Assembly (NCBI GenBank): GCA_036562685.1
Contig: DATCJR010000092.1
Location: 1 to 51,572 of the forward strand
DNA length: 51,572 bases
Origin: Clostridia bacterium
Lineage (GTDB): Bacteria > Bacillota > Clostridia > Christensenellales > DUVY01
Reading direction: 5' to 3'
The notes beneath the pieces are model-generated. The model was given only the letters and a program-made list of their open reading frames with translations, was not told the origin of the DNA and searched no databases. Both the position numbers and the translations under genes were made by a program. Numbering within the stretch: position 1 is the stretch's first letter; each line of letters begins with the position of its first letter. This document shows positions 9,529 through 20,047 of the stretch, piece after piece.

Positions 9529-9954
9529 CTAATTGCTTATTCTATTTAAAAACTGCTTTTCTTTATAATAGCGTTCTTTTAGTTCGCTATATTTGGACAT
9601 AAGCATAAGCAGATATCTTTGCTTGGATACAAAATCCATTTGGTCGTATTTTTCGTGATCTATAAGATAGTTGACTGGATTAATAATGTCTTCGTTTTTA
9701 TCCAAAATCTCGCACACTTTTTTGTACATAAGCTCGTCCGAATTGTTGACGCTGTTAATTGTCGCCTTAATTTCGCGTGTGTGCTTGGTCTTGTAGTACT
9801 CGTCAATAGATTGAGCATTTTTGCCCGAAGTGATAGCCTGCTCTCTTGCGTTTTCTCTTTCTTGTTTTACGGCAGTCCAGTAGCCGCTCTTAAGGCGAGC
9901 TTTCGCTCCCATAGCCAATTTTCTGAGTTCGCCTTTTTCTCTTTTACTTCTCAT
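9529..9954 (-). CDS. Hypothetical basic, helical protein (about 141 aa).
   Basis: ORF track gives 9529..10029. I trim to MRSKREKGELRKL at 9954 because the upstream part runs through the rpsU terminator hairpin. No family recognised. Confidence 0.55.
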   Translation of the reverse strand: MRSKREKGELRKLAMGAKARLKSGYWTAVKQERENAREQAITSGKNAQSIDEYYKTKHTREIKATINSVNNSDELMYKKVCEILDKNEDIINPVNYLIDHEKYDQMDFVSKQRYLLMLMSKYSELKERYYKEKQFLNRISN

Positions 9955-9982
9955 AACTTTCCAACCGCCTTTTTTAATTATA

Positions 9983-10024
9983 AAAAAAAGACCAAACTCT
10001 ATTTCTAGACTTTGGTCTTTTGTA
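9983..10024 (-). terminator. Rho-independent terminator of rpsU.
   Basis: AAAGACCAAA / TTTGGTCTTT stem; T-run on the minus strand. Confidence 0.7.
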
Positions 10025-10043
10025 AACAAGATTCAACTTTTAA

Positions 10044-10226
10044 TTAGTTTTTATTGGGTTTACGCTTTTTTGCGGCTTCCATTTTTTTCTTGCGGCGAAC
10101 ACTGGGTTTTTCATAGTGTTCCTTTTTACGAAGGTCGCCCATAATATTGTCTTTTTGACATTTTCTTTTCCAGCGTTTGATAGCGTCATCAATAGACTCT
10201 TTTTCATTTACCTTGACAGTTGACAT
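10044..10226 (-). CDS. rpsU: 30S ribosomal protein S21.
   Basis: MSTVKVNEKESIDDAIKRWKRKCQK...; RBS GGAAGGAGGT. Confidence 0.97.
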   Translation of the reverse strand: MSTVKVNEKESIDDAIKRWKRKCQKDNIMGDLRKKEHYEKPSVRRKKKMEAAKKRKPNKN

Positions 10227-10303
10227 GTTCTCGACCTCCTTCCCGCAAACCGGACAGATTCTTCAAAACCACAAACATTCTTAGGTTATTGAAGTGTATT
10301 ATT

Positions 10304-10332
10304 ATTTTATACTATCTGAAAAAAATAGTCAA
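10304..10332 (-). promoter_or_regulatory. Candidate sigma-A promoter for rpsU.
   Basis: Minus strand reads TTGACT - 17 nt - TAAAAT. Confidence 0.5.
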
Positions 10333-10373
10333 TTAATTACTTTATATTTTAATAGCTTATATTTTTTGCTCAA

Positions 10374-10718
10374 TTATTCTCTAAAGTCAGGCCAGCCCAA
10401 ACTTTGACCGCCCATAATATGAATATGAAGATGATGCACAGTTTGACCTGCACTCTCGCCCTGATTGATTATAAGTCTATAACCGTCAGACAATCCAAGA
10501 GTGTTTTTGAGTTCTGCGATCTTACTTAAGATATAGCCTATATCTTCCTTGTCCTGACTGTTCATTTCATCTATCAATGCATAATGATGTTTGGGTACGG
10601 CTAGATAATGAAGTTTTGCTTTAGGCGAAATATCTTCAAAAATTATCATTTTGTCGTCTTCATAATGTTTTTTGGACGGAATCTCGCCTTTTATTATCTT
10701 ACAAAAAATACAATCCAT
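10374..10718 (-). CDS. HIT (histidine triad) family nucleotide hydrolase.
   Basis: MDCIFCKII... and the HHLHIHIMGG triad. Confidence 0.9.
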   Translation of the reverse strand: MDCIFCKIIKGEIPSKKHYEDDKMIIFEDISPKAKLHYLAVPKHHYALIDEMNSQDKEDIGYILSKIAELKNTLGLSDGYRLIINQGESAGQTVHHLHIHIMGGQSLGWPDFRE

Positions 10719-10742
10719 AGCTTATCTCCTTTTTTGAGATTA

Positions 10743-11981
10743 TTATATCAGAATTCCTTGTACACCGTCACGCATTCTTTGACCGATTTTAACTTTTAGC
10801 AGGCTGTCTTTTTGGGTATCTAGGGGCAGATAAACCTTAATATAATTTTCAGTGTGTCCAGTAATATATCCGTTTTCTTCCTGTTCGGTTATGACCTCGC
10901 CTGTTTTTCCGTATTCGCTTTTTAAAAACGCGTCAAACAGCTTTTCACGCAAAATCTCAAGGTCATGCACTCTTGCTCTTTTTACCGTCTTTTCAACTTG
11001 TGGCATCTTGGCGGCGCGTGTGCCTGCGCGCACCGAATACGGGAAAATATGCATATATGTCAAACCCGCTTTTTCTAATGTATCCAAAGTCTGACGGTGG
11101 TTTTCATCCGTTTCCATGGGAAAGCCCGCTATTATATCCGAAGTTATTGCGGCTCTAGGATAATATTGCTTAATCAACTTGCAGGCATCTATAATGTCTT
11201 GAGAATTATACTGCCTGTTCATATTCTTCAAAACCTCGTTGCTGCCGCTTTGGATAGACAGATGAAAATGCGGGCAATAATTGCCTTCTTTCATTGCTTC
11301 CAGCAACTCAGTCGTTACCGCTTTTACACCCAGAGAACTAATACGCACTCTTGCGCCTGTCTTGCCTACGCGTCTGACCAGATCCACAAATGTAAGCCCT
11401 TCGTACTTATAATCCGACAAGTCTATTCCGCCAAGAACAATTTCTTTTGACTGGCATTCCTGAATTTCTTTCAAAATAGAATCAATGCTTCTAGAACGGC
11501 TTCTTCCTCTCAAATAAGGCACTATGCAATAAGAGCAAAATTTATCGCAGCCGTCTTGGGCTTTTATATAGCTTCTTGTTCGGCTTCTGATCGGAGATTG
11601 GTCTTCGTAGTTTTTGCTTACGCTGACATCAAAAAATTTTCTTTCGCCGTTAAGATAACGCTCAATTATATTAACCTTGCCGCTTATTCCGCCTGCCGCC
11701 ACCACATTGGGCAAATCCAAAAAACTCTTGGCTGCGTTTTGGGCGGCACAGCCCATGATAATAATGTCCGCGTTAGGCGACAATGTGTTGGCATGTCTTG
11801 CGGCCTGCCTAGATTTTCTTTCCGCTTCGGCTGTAACCGCGCATGTATTGATTATATATAGATCGGCATTGTCTTCAAAATTCTCTGTCACTTCATAACC
11901 GTGTTCTATGAGTTTTTTCAAGACAGCGCCTGATTCGTATTGATTGGTTTTACATCCTAATGTATGAACTACTGCTTTCAA
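10743..11981 (-). CDS. mtaB: tRNA t6A37 methylthiotransferase MtaB (radical SAM, YqeV-like).
   Basis: UPF0004 N-terminal domain (HTLGCKTNQYES) and radical-SAM CDKFCSYC. Synteny dnaJ-prmA-rsmE-mtaB matches Bacillus yqeT-yqeU-yqeV. Confidence 0.85.
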   Translation of the reverse strand: MKAVVHTLGCKTNQYESGAVLKKLIEHGYEVTENFEDNADLYIINTCAVTAEAERKSRQAARHANTLSPNADIIIMGCAAQNAAKSFLDLPNVVAAGGISGKVNIIERYLNGERKFFDVSVSKNYEDQSPIRSRTRSYIKAQDGCDKFCSYCIVPYLRGRSRSRSIDSILKEIQECQSKEIVLGGIDLSDYKYEGLTFVDLVRRVGKTGARVRISSLGVKAVTTELLEAMKEGNYCPHFHLSIQSGSNEVLKNMNRQYNSQDIIDACKLIKQYYPRAAITSDIIAGFPMETDENHRQTLDTLEKAGLTYMHIFPYSVRAGTRAAKMPQVEKTVKRARVHDLEILREKLFDAFLKSEYGKTGEVITEQEENGYITGHTENYIKVYLPLDTQKDSLLKVKIGQRMRDGVQGILI

Positions 11982-11982
11982 A

Positions 11983-12717
11983 TTATTCTCCTGCCTTCAT
12001 CTGTTCAAAATGATACATTATTATTGACATTACGCTGATCGCCGCTGTTTCGGCACGCAAAATTCTTTTTCCCAAAGTTACAATATCAGCACCCAAAGAT
12101 TTTGTCTGATTTACTTCAGACTCGCAAAATCCGCCTTCAGAACCTATGATAATTGCTATATTTTTTTTGTCTGTGGTCTTATTTAATGCTGTTTTTATAT
12201 CCGTGCCTGTTTCCAATTCGTAGGGCATCAGGACATAATCATAATCTTTCAGCATCTCGACTACTTGGGGAAATGTCTTGACTTCTTCAATTTCGGGCGT
12301 AACCGCTCTGCCGCATTGTTTTGCCGCTTCAATTGCGATTTTTTTGAGTCTGTCCGTTTTTACGCTGACTGCTTTTACTTGGGTAAAGCTGGACAAAAAC
12401 GGTACGATTTTTTTTACGCCAAGCTCGGTGCTTTTTTGACAAATCAACTCAAGCTTGTCGCCTTTTGGAACTGCCTGAAAAAGCGTTACTGATATGCTTG
12501 CTTCGGCTGTGTTATTTTTTCGTTCCAAAACCTTCAACTGCGCATGATTTTTGTTCAGACTTATTATCTCGCAAATATTATCTATTCCGTCATTAAAGCA
12601 AACGGTTATCTGCTCGCCTATTTGAGCGCGCATTACATTGACAAGATGATGATATTCTTCATCTTTTAGATAAATAATGTCATCAGGTGTATAAGATGTA
12701 AAAAACCGTTTTGCCAT
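11983..12717 (-). CDS. rsmE: 16S rRNA (uracil1498-N3)-methyltransferase RsmE.
   Basis: Size, the C-terminal IIGSEGGF...LGKRILRAETA motif, and synteny. Confidence 0.9.
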   Translation of the reverse strand: MAKRFFTSYTPDDIIYLKDEEYHHLVNVMRAQIGEQITVCFNDGIDNICEIISLNKNHAQLKVLERKNNTAEASISVTLFQAVPKGDKLELICQKSTELGVKKIVPFLSSFTQVKAVSVKTDRLKKIAIEAAKQCGRAVTPEIEEVKTFPQVVEMLKDYDYVLMPYELETGTDIKTALNKTTDKKNIAIIIGSEGGFCESEVNQTKSLGADIVTLGKRILRAETAAISVMSIIMYHFEQMKAGE

Positions 12718-12723
12718 AAAGAA

Positions 12724-13629
12724 TTATCCTTTTTTGTACATATAACAATGCCAGCAATCCATAGAAACATGAGATATAAGTGAAAAGTTTTGGAATGCGT
12801 TTTCTATGTCTTTGGTATAGCTGTCTATTATTCCGCTCAAAATCAATATGCCGTTTTCGTTAAGATATTGATAAAACAAATCTTTCAAACTTACCAATAT
12901 GCCTGCGGTGATATTGGCCAATATTATATCCGCCTTATCTTTTGCCTTTTCCAGCGTTCCCCATATTGCATCCGCTTGGTATGCTGAGATATTGTTTAAG
13001 GCAAGGTTATCTTTTGTAACCTTAACCGCGCTTTCATCTGTGTCTATAAGCACTGCATATTTTGCGCCAAGTTTTAGGGCGGCTATTCCCAAAATTCCGC
13101 TTCCGCAGCCCACATCCAAAACAGTTTTTGAGTCTAAATCCACATTTTGCATTGCTTCAAGACACATTCTTGTAGTCTGGTGCGTACCTGTTCCGAAAGC
13201 CATTGACGGATTGATAAACACTATGGGCTTGTCTGTATGAAAGTCCTTAATCCATTCGGGTACTATGGCTATCTTTTCTAGCTCAATAGGCAAAAAGTAT
13301 TTTTTCCATTCATCACGATACGTTATATCGTCTTTTAGTTCTATTTCTGCTTTATAGTCAAAATCGTCATTTATAGTTTTCAGATAATCAAGTTCATCCA
13401 AAAAAGCGCTCAAATCGCTGTCTGGATAAAAATACGCTCTTACATACACCTCTTTGGGTGCGTTCCGGATATCAATATCAGAATAATCCCACATTCCGGC
13501 TTCTTGGAGTTCTATATAATCCTGTTTATCCCATACGGCTACGCCTTCATATGCTCCGTCAGACAAAATAGCCGACACAATGTCTGAATACTTATGTGAA
13601 CAAGTAATAGTAAGTTCTTTGTATTGCAT
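12724..13629 (-). CDS. prmA: Ribosomal protein L11 methyltransferase.
   Basis: INPSMAFGTGTHQTT and VLDVGCGSGILGIAA SAM motif. ATG at 13629 is preferred over TTG at 13635. Confidence 0.92.
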   Translation of the reverse strand: MQYKELTITCSHKYSDIVSAILSDGAYEGVAVWDKQDYIELQEAGMWDYSDIDIRNAPKEVYVRAYFYPDSDLSAFLDELDYLKTINDDFDYKAEIELKDDITYRDEWKKYFLPIELEKIAIVPEWIKDFHTDKPIVFINPSMAFGTGTHQTTRMCLEAMQNVDLDSKTVLDVGCGSGILGIAALKLGAKYAVLIDTDESAVKVTKDNLALNNISAYQADAIWGTLEKAKDKADIILANITAGILVSLKDLFYQYLNENGILILSGIIDSYTKDIENAFQNFSLISHVSMDCWHCYMYKKG

Positions 13630-13671
13630 AATCAATCTCTTTTAATTTATTTCCAAAGTTATATTAACATA

Positions 13672-13732
13672 AAATAAAAAAACCGCAATCAGTTTTGATG
13701 CGATTTTTTTTGTCAATGCTAGATTGCGGTTT
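13672..13732 (-). terminator. Possible terminator after dnaJ (long-loop hairpin plus T-run).
   Basis: AAACCGCAATC / GATTGCGGTTT arms separated by about 31 nt, followed on the minus strand by TTTTTTTATTTT. Confidence 0.4.
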
Positions 13733-13742
13733 GTTTTAACTT

Positions 13743-14858
13743 TTATTTCATGTATTCTTTTGCTTTCTCGTACTGATTACCGCTTATGCTCTTATGCAGT
13801 TCTTTGATAAGTTCCTTTTGGTCGCCTTTTAGGCTCTTGGGCAATTCGACGATCACCTTTAGGTACAAATCCCCGTACGAATCTCGCCTTAACAATTTCA
13901 TGCCCTCGCCGCGCATTTTGAACACGGTATCAGTTTGAGTTCCTTCAGGTACAGTCAATGTAACAGAACCTTTCAAAGTGTTAATCTTGATCTTATCGCC
14001 CAAAATTGCCTGTGTAAATGTTATCGGAATGTCTGCATAAAGGTCATTGCCCTTTCTAACAAACAGCTTATGCGGCAATACCGTAACAGCAATAACAAGA
14101 TTGCCCCTTTGGGTGGACTCGGCTATACCGTTGCCTTCGCCCTGTACAGTCATTATTTGACCGTTGTCAATGCCTGCGGGTATATTGATTTTGATTGTGC
14201 GGTTTTTCTTAACTGTGCCTTTTCCATGACATTCAGAACATGTCTGCTTGATTTTTTTGCCAGTGCCGCCGCATGTCGAACATGTTTGGGTATTGATTAC
14301 GCGTCCAAACAATGTGTTTTGGGCGTATTGAACGCGTCCTGTACCTTTACAGTTGGGACATGTTGTATATTCGGTACCGTTTTTGGCACCCGTACCCTTA
14401 CAAGCATCGCAATGTTCAACTCTTGAAATCGTAATGTCTTTGCTTACGCCAAAATACGCTTCTTCAAATGTCAAAGTGATTCCAAGCGAAATATCTGAAG
14501 GACGCACTTTTACGCGTCCTTCGGAATCCCCGCCCGAAAACATATTGATTATATCTTCAAAGAAACCGCCGCCACCGCTTGAAAAGCCGCCAAAACTTCC
14601 AAAGTTTCCAAAGTCAAAGCCGCCCATGCCGCCTGAGCCAGGGTCAGCCGTACCAAACCGGTCATAATTGGCGCGCTTTTTGGGATCGCTGAGCGTTTCA
14701 TACGCTTCATTGATCTCCTTAAACTTTTCAGCGGCCTCAGCATTATCCGGATTCAAGTCTGGATGGTATTGCTTGGCAAGCTTTCTGTAAGCAGATTTTA
14801 TATCACTGTCCGAAGCGTTTTTTTCCACTCCGAGTATTTCGTAATATGATTTTGCCAT
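13743..14858 (-). CDS. dnaJ: Chaperone DnaJ.
   Basis: J domain (YYEILGV...HPD), G/F region, four CxxCxGxG zinc-finger repeats. Confidence 0.97.
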   Translation of the reverse strand: MAKSYYEILGVEKNASDSDIKSAYRKLAKQYHPDLNPDNAEAAEKFKEINEAYETLSDPKKRANYDRFGTADPGSGGMGGFDFGNFGSFGGFSSGGGGFFEDIINMFSGGDSEGRVKVRPSDISLGITLTFEEAYFGVSKDITISRVEHCDACKGTGAKNGTEYTTCPNCKGTGRVQYAQNTLFGRVINTQTCSTCGGTGKKIKQTCSECHGKGTVKKNRTIKINIPAGIDNGQIMTVQGEGNGIAESTQRGNLVIAVTVLPHKLFVRKGNDLYADIPITFTQAILGDKIKINTLKGSVTLTVPEGTQTDTVFKMRGEGMKLLRRDSYGDLYLKVIVELPKSLKGDQKELIKELHKSISGNQYEKAKEYMK

Positions 14859-14887
14859 CTATGGTTATACTCTTTTTTGCTTATTGA

Positions 14888-16675
14888 TTAATGGATATCA
14901 GGATTTACGCCGTCTTGAGGACCAGCCTGTTGTTGCTGATTCTGCTGATAGAACTTTGTGAAAATCTCGCTAGTTACCTTTTGAGTTTCATTCAAAGCAT
15001 CCTTAATAGTGTCTTTGTTGTCACTCTTAACTGCATCTTTTAGGCTGTCAGCTGCTTTTTTGAGTCTGTCTTTTTCGTCTTCGCTAACCTTATCGCCGTT
15101 TTCATTGATAAACTTTTCAATGCCGAACACGATAGTATCAGCCTGGTTTTTGAGTTCAACAAGCTCTTTTCTTTCCTTGTCTTCTGCTTCGTATTTCTTA
15201 GCATCTTCAATAGCTTTGTTGATTTCTTCTTCAGACAAGTTGGAAGAAGCGGTTATTGAAATAGACTGCTCTTTTCCTGTGCCTTTATCCTTAGCTGTTA
15301 CGTGAACTATACCGTTGGCATCGATATCAAATGTAACTTCAATCTGAGGAACGCCTCTAGGTGCAGGAGGAATACCTGTCAATTCAAATCTTCCCAAAGT
15401 CTTGTTATAAGCCGCAAGTTCTCTTTCGCCCTGCAAAATGTGAATATCTACTGAAGGCTGGTTGTCGGTTGCGGTAGAGAATATCTGGGATTTCTTGGTA
15501 GGAATGGTTGTGTTTCTTTCGATTAGCTTGGTGAAAATACCGCCCATTGTTTCGATACCCAATGACAACGGTGTTACGTCAAGCAACAAAACGTCTTTAA
15601 CTTCGCCGACCAAAACACCTGCTTGAATAGCAGCACCTATAGCAACGCATTCATCAGGGTTAATGCCCTTGAAGGGTTCTTTGCCTGTAAAGTTCTTGAC
15701 TGTTTCTACTACTGCAGGAATACGTGTTGAACCGCCGACCAATATAACCTTATCTATATCATTAATAGAAAGTTTGGAATCAGAAAGTGCACGTTTCATA
15801 GCTTCTAGAGTTTTTTGAGTCAAGTGTGCAGTCATCTGTTCAAACTTAGCTCTTGTCAGCTCATAATCAATGTGTTTAGGACCGCTGCTATCAGCTGTTA
15901 TAAAAGGCAAGCTGATGTTGGTCTTTAGAACACTTGACAATTCAATCTTAGCTTTTTCGGCTGCATCTTTTAGTCTTTGCATAACCATACGGTCTTTGCT
16001 CAAATCAATGCCGTTTTCTTTTTTGAATGTGTCAACTATCCATTTTATAATTTCGTTATCATAGTCATCGCCGCCTAGTCTGTTGTCACCTGCGGTTGCC
16101 AAAACTTCAAATACGCCATCGCCGATTTCTAGTATGGACACGTCGAATGTACCGCCGCCCAAGTCATAAACCAAAATCTTGGCGTTTTTGTTGGTGCCCT
16201 TGTCAAGTCCGTAAGCAAGCGCAGCCGCTGTAGGCTCGTTGATTATTCTCAATACTTCAAGTCCTGCGATTCTGCCTGCGTCTTTGGTAGCCTGTCTTTG
16301 TGAGTCAGAGAAATACGCAGGAACAGTTATAACAGCTTGAGTTATTTTTGTTCCAAGATAGTTCTCTGCATCTGCCTTTAACTTTTGCAAAATCATTGCA
16401 GATATTTCTTGAGGTGTGTAGTTTTTATCGTCAATTTTAACCTTTCTTTCACTGCCCATATCTCTCTTGATTGAGATTACAGTTCTTTCAGGGTTAGCTA
16501 TCGCTTGTCTTTTTGCTATTTGTCCAACAAGCCTCTCTCCATCTTTCGAAAAACCAACTACAGAAGGAGTTGTTCTCATACCTTCTGAATTAGGTATAAC
16601 GGTAGGTTCTCCGCCTTCCATTACGGCAACGCATGAGTTTGTTGTTCCTAAGTCAATTCCTATTACTTTGCCCAT
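14888..16675 (-). CDS. dnaK: Chaperone DnaK (Hsp70).
   Basis: [17 protein letters not shown] and other canonical Hsp70 signatures. Confidence 0.98.
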   Translation of the reverse strand: MGKVIGIDLGTTNSCVAVMEGGEPTVIPNSEGMRTTPSVVGFSKDGERLVGQIAKRQAIANPERTVISIKRDMGSERKVKIDDKNYTPQEISAMILQKLKADAENYLGTKITQAVITVPAYFSDSQRQATKDAGRIAGLEVLRIINEPTAAALAYGLDKGTNKNAKILVYDLGGGTFDVSILEIGDGVFEVLATAGDNRLGGDDYDNEIIKWIVDTFKKENGIDLSKDRMVMQRLKDAAEKAKIELSSVLKTNISLPFITADSSGPKHIDYELTRAKFEQMTAHLTQKTLEAMKRALSDSKLSINDIDKVILVGGSTRIPAVVETVKNFTGKEPFKGINPDECVAIGAAIQAGVLVGEVKDVLLLDVTPLSLGIETMGGIFTKLIERNTTIPTKKSQIFSTATDNQPSVDIHILQGERELAAYNKTLGRFELTGIPPAPRGVPQIEVTFDIDANGIVHVTAKDKGTGKEQSISITASSNLSEEEINKAIEDAKKYEAEDKERKELVELKNQADTIVFGIEKFINENGDKVSEDEKDRLKKAADSLKDAVKSDNKDTIKDALNETQKVTSEIFTKFYQQNQQQQAGPQDGVNPDIH

Positions 16676-16720
16676 AATTATTTTTTTATCTCCTTTTAAT
16701 GCGATTTCTAAATTTATATG

Positions 16721-17398
16721 TTATTCGGCTACTTTAACGCTGCTATAGCGCAGTATCTTTTCGCCCAAACGATATCCTTTGTTTACAACTTCTATTATTT
16801 TGCCTGATTCAACGCCTTCTTGTTTAACTTTTTCTACAGCGTTGTGAATATTGGGATCAAAATCCATTCCTAATGCTTCGATTTCTTGTACGCCAAAATT
16901 ACCAAGCATATTTTCTATCTGACGATAAATCATTTTTATTCCGTCAATTGTTGTGCTGTCTTTTATCATCTTTTGCGCTTGTTCAATGATATCCAAAATC
17001 TTAATCACTTCAATCAAGACTTCGGCATTGCCCTCTGTTCTTGCGGACTTTATGCTGTCGGCATTTCTTCTTCTGTAGTTATCAAAATCAGATTGAAGGC
17101 TTATAACTCGTCTTGCAAGTTCGTCTGCTCTAGCCTTTTCTTGAGTTGCTAATTGTTTAGCTTCTTCTATCTGATTATTAAGCCCTTGAAGATGTTCGTT
17201 GAACGCCTTTAATGCTTCTATCTGTTCTTGGGTCATTTCAACTGTATCTTGTTGATTGTTAATATCAGCATTTTGGGCTGTTTCTTGTGTATCGCAATTA
17301 CAATTTGCATCTTGCTCATCGCAGCAGCATTTGTTTTCTGCTGTGCAGTTTTGTTCTTCGGGTGTGCCTTGTTGTTTTACGTCGTTGTTATTAGACAT
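16721..17398 (-). CDS. grpE: Nucleotide exchange factor GrpE with an unusual Cys-rich N-terminal extension.
   Basis: The C-terminal two-thirds is GrpE-like (coiled coil plus beta domain, ...GYRLGEKILRYSSVKV). Sits between hrcA and dnaK. Confidence 0.92.
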   Translation of the reverse strand: MSNNNDVKQQGTPEEQNCTAENKCCCDEQDANCNCDTQETAQNADINNQQDTVEMTQEQIEALKAFNEHLQGLNNQIEEAKQLATQEKARADELARRVISLQSDFDNYRRRNADSIKSARTEGNAEVLIEVIKILDIIEQAQKMIKDSTTIDGIKMIYRQIENMLGNFGVQEIEALGMDFDPNIHNAVEKVKQEGVESGKIIEVVNKGYRLGEKILRYSSVKVAE

Positions 17399-17413
17399 TA
17401 ATATCCTCCAAAA

Positions 17414-18493
17414 TTATTCAAGCTCATTATTTTTATCTTTTTCGTCATCGTTGTTTCCTATCGAAATATTGATGTTATTGTTCATAGTTTCGCTCAAAGT
17501 CTTTCCTATATAGTCAAGTACAGAAACTACTTTTGAATAATCCATTCTGATAGGTCCGATTACACCTGCTTGACCAATACTCTTTCCATTAAGCATGTAA
17601 CTTGCGGTAATTATAGTACAGTCCGACAAAGAATCGCACTCGTCTTTGCCTATTCTTATATTTAATTCAACATTGTCTGTGGTTTTAAGCGCGGGCAATA
17701 GCTGTTCTTTTGCTTCCAGCATAGCGATTATAGATTTTGCCTTGGCTATATTGCTGTATTCGGGGTATTCTAACAGCTTAGAAGCTCCTTCTAAGACAAA
17801 GTCCTCTGTACCTGCCTGCTCATAGTATTTCTTAATAATATCCAAAATAGCATCAAATATTTTTTGATAGCCCCTAATAGTCTGCTTGATAGCCTGATTG
17901 GGCTTCATAACCTGCGCTATTTTCTTTCCACCAAAAGCCTGCATTGATAATTTGGATACAGCGTCAAAATAGCTGTCGTCCATTTCTTCTTCCATATTGA
18001 CAACGGCGTCTTTCAAAACACCCAAATCGGTAACAACTATAACCAATGCGGTCTTAGCGGTCAGTTTGACGATCTTAATATTTTCTATAATTGCTTCTGA
18101 AATATCATTGACAAATGCCAATGACGTATAATTAGTAACTTCTGAGATGACTTGAGCTGTTTTTTTCAAGACATCTTTTATCTGAATCATCTGCTGATTG
18201 AATTGACTTTTTATAAGCTTAAGCTCGGCATGGGATAACTTTCTCTTGGGCATGAGCTGCTCAACATACAACTTATATGCTTCTTTGGTAGGTACTCTAC
18301 CTGCTGAAGTGTGCGGCTGATAAAGATAACCCATTTCTTCTAATGCCGCAAGCTCGTTTCTTATAGTAGCCGAGCTAAATTCAGGCAAGTGCCTTGATTG
18401 AATATCCGCACTGCTGATAGGCTCAGCTTGATTGATATAATCTTCTACTATTGATTTTAATATTTTTGCTTTTCTTTCAGATAATTTGGGCAT
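17414..18493 (-). CDS. hrcA: Heat-inducible transcription repressor HrcA.
   Basis: N-terminal winged-helix (LSERKAKILKSIVEDYI...SSATIRNELAALEEMGYL). First gene of the dnaK operon. Confidence 0.93.
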   Translation of the reverse strand: MPKLSERKAKILKSIVEDYINQAEPISSADIQSRHLPEFSSATIRNELAALEEMGYLYQPHTSAGRVPTKEAYKLYVEQLMPKRKLSHAELKLIKSQFNQQMIQIKDVLKKTAQVISEVTNYTSLAFVNDISEAIIENIKIVKLTAKTALVIVVTDLGVLKDAVVNMEEEMDDSYFDAVSKLSMQAFGGKKIAQVMKPNQAIKQTIRGYQKIFDAILDIIKKYYEQAGTEDFVLEGASKLLEYPEYSNIAKAKSIIAMLEAKEQLLPALKTTDNVELNIRIGKDECDSLSDCTIITASYMLNGKSIGQAGVIGPIRMDYSKVVSVLDYIGKTLSETMNNNINISIGNNDDEKDKNNELE

Positions 18494-18556
18494 TTTTTAT
18501 CCACTAATTAATGTATTTTATATTATACGCTCTTTAGCAGTTTTTTATTAAGAGCA

Positions 18557-18583
18557 ATAGCAGTCTATCCTCTTGAGTGCTAA
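18557..18583 (-). promoter_or_regulatory. CIRCE operator (HrcA binding site).
   Basis: Minus strand reads TTAGCACTC-N9-GACTGCTAT against consensus TTAGCACTC-N9-GAGTGCTAA: left half perfect, right half 7/9. Lies just downstream of the -10 box. Confidence 0.7.
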
Positions 18584-18587
18584 AACA

Positions 18588-18616
18588 ATATTAGCATTAT
18601 AGATATGCTTTGTCAA
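18588..18616 (-). promoter_or_regulatory. Sigma-A promoter of the hrcA-grpE-dnaK-dnaJ operon.
   Basis: Minus strand reads TTGACA - 17 nt - TAATAT, immediately upstream of CIRCE. Confidence 0.6.
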
Positions 18617-18779
18617 CAAATTTTTGACAAAGTTGATAATATTTTGTACATATTGAAAATATTTGAAAATACTTGATGTCTTAAAAAAAGAGTTTTAAAT
18701 TAAAGCAAAAATAGAAGATAAAAAGAAAATAATGTTTCATAAAATCTATTGATGTTTTAAATAGATAAAAATAGGCTTT

Positions 18780-19211
18780 TTAGTCCTTATGTAGATTTTG
18801 CCTGCATTTGTTGCAATAGCCGAAAATCTCAAGTCTGTGTCCTGTAACTTCAAAACCTTTTTCATTGGTCAACCGCTGTTCATAAGCTTCAAGCGGACAA
18901 TGCATTATGGGCAGCATTTTTTTGCATGTGATGCATACAAAATAGTGCTTATGCTCGTGGCCGTTAAGTTCAAACAAAGTCTTATCGGTGCCGTTGAGTA
19001 TAACAGTGCGGATTATATTTTTGTCTTCCAATGTTTCCAATGTCCTATAAACAGTAGAAAGATTGATGCTTACATCTTTTTTAATGAGATTGTTATATAT
19101 TTCCTCAGCGGATACCGGCTCGTGCAAATCAGAAAGCAAGTTCATAATTTCCATACGGTGCTTGGTAGGTTTCAGACCATAATTAATAAGCTCATTTTTG
19201 ATTTTTGTCAT
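18780..19211 (-). CDS. zur: Fur-family metalloregulator, probably Zur.
   Basis: Fur-like DNA-binding domain, HEHKHY and CxxC...CxxC motifs. Start MTKIKNEL at 19211 forms an ATGA overlap with the znuB stop. The track's longer N-terminus lies inside znuB. Confidence 0.8.
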   Translation of the reverse strand: MTKIKNELINYGLKPTKHRMEIMNLLSDLHEPVSAEEIYNNLIKKDVSINLSTVYRTLETLEDKNIIRTVILNGTDKTLFELNGHEHKHYFVCITCKKMLPIMHCPLEAYEQRLTNEKGFEVTGHRLEIFGYCNKCRQNLHKD

Positions 19212-20047
19212 AATGTTTTTTCCTGTCTTTTTAGTTTTATCATACGAAGTTTTTTGATAACCGCTTTTATTAAAAGAATAGCCAAAAAGCATGCCACTCC
19301 GCTAAGCACTATCACAGAACCAGGTTTTAGCCCTTGATAAAACGAAACAAACAAACCGATTATGGTAAACGAAAGCGCGAACAAAACAGAAAAGATTACT
19401 GTTGTAAAATAGCTTTTGCTGACCTGCATAGAACAAGCAACAGGCACTACTATAATTGAAGAAACGATCAGCGCTCCTACCGTTCTGGACGCAACCGAAA
19501 CTGTAATAGCGGTCAAAATTGTGAATATAAAGTTGACTGTCTTTACTTTTACACCTGACAGTCTTGCACTCTTTTCGTCAAAAGCTATATAAAACAGCTC
19601 TCTGTACAAAATTACAAATGTCAGCAAAACCAAAGCCGACAGTGCTGTGATTATATAAACTTCTAGATCTGTAATAGATATAATGCTTCCGAACAAAAAG
19701 CTGTCAAAATTAGTAGCTGTCTTGACATGGTCGGATAACACACCTGCAAGTCCTATGCCTAAGGACATAATGATAACAATGGATATTTCGGAATATTTGG
19801 GCAGTTTTTTTCGGATCGCCTCAATGCTAAGGGCCGCAATAACACACGCTAAAATCGCTCCTAAAACCGGACTGACATTAAACACAAAGCCTGCCGCAAC
19901 GCCTGCAAGCGAAGTATGAGAAAGCGCATCTCCTATCATAGATAGGCGTTTTAGTACAATGGTAATTCCTATGCAGGGAATAATCAACGCTATCAAAATG
20001 CCCACCAAAAAGGCTTTTTGCATAAATACATATTCAAATATTTCCAT
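19208..20047 (-). CDS. znuB: Metal (zinc/manganese) ABC transporter permease.
   Basis: Polytopic ABC-3 family membrane protein, located between the ATPase and zur. Confidence 0.85.
   Translation of the reverse strand: MEIFEYVFMQKAFLVGILIALIIPCIGITIVLKRLSMIGDALSHTSLAGVAAGFVFNVSPVLGAILACVIAALSIEAIRKKLPKYSEISIVIIMSLGIGLAGVLSDHVKTATNFDSFLFGSIISITDLEVYIITALSALVLLTFVILYRELFYIAFDEKSARLSGVKVKTVNFIFTILTAITVSVASRTVGALIVSSIIVVPVACSMQVSKSYFTTVIFSVLFALSFTIIGLFVSFYQGLKPGSVIVLSGVACFLAILLIKAVIKKLRMIKLKRQEKTL

Noticed and set aside
18608-18632. Palindrome CTTTGTCAA-N7-TTGACAAAG upstream of hrcA, which gives a second TTGACA on the plus strand.
   Set aside because: No matching -10 box and no plus-strand gene to drive. 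It is most simply a by-product of the hrcA -35 region.
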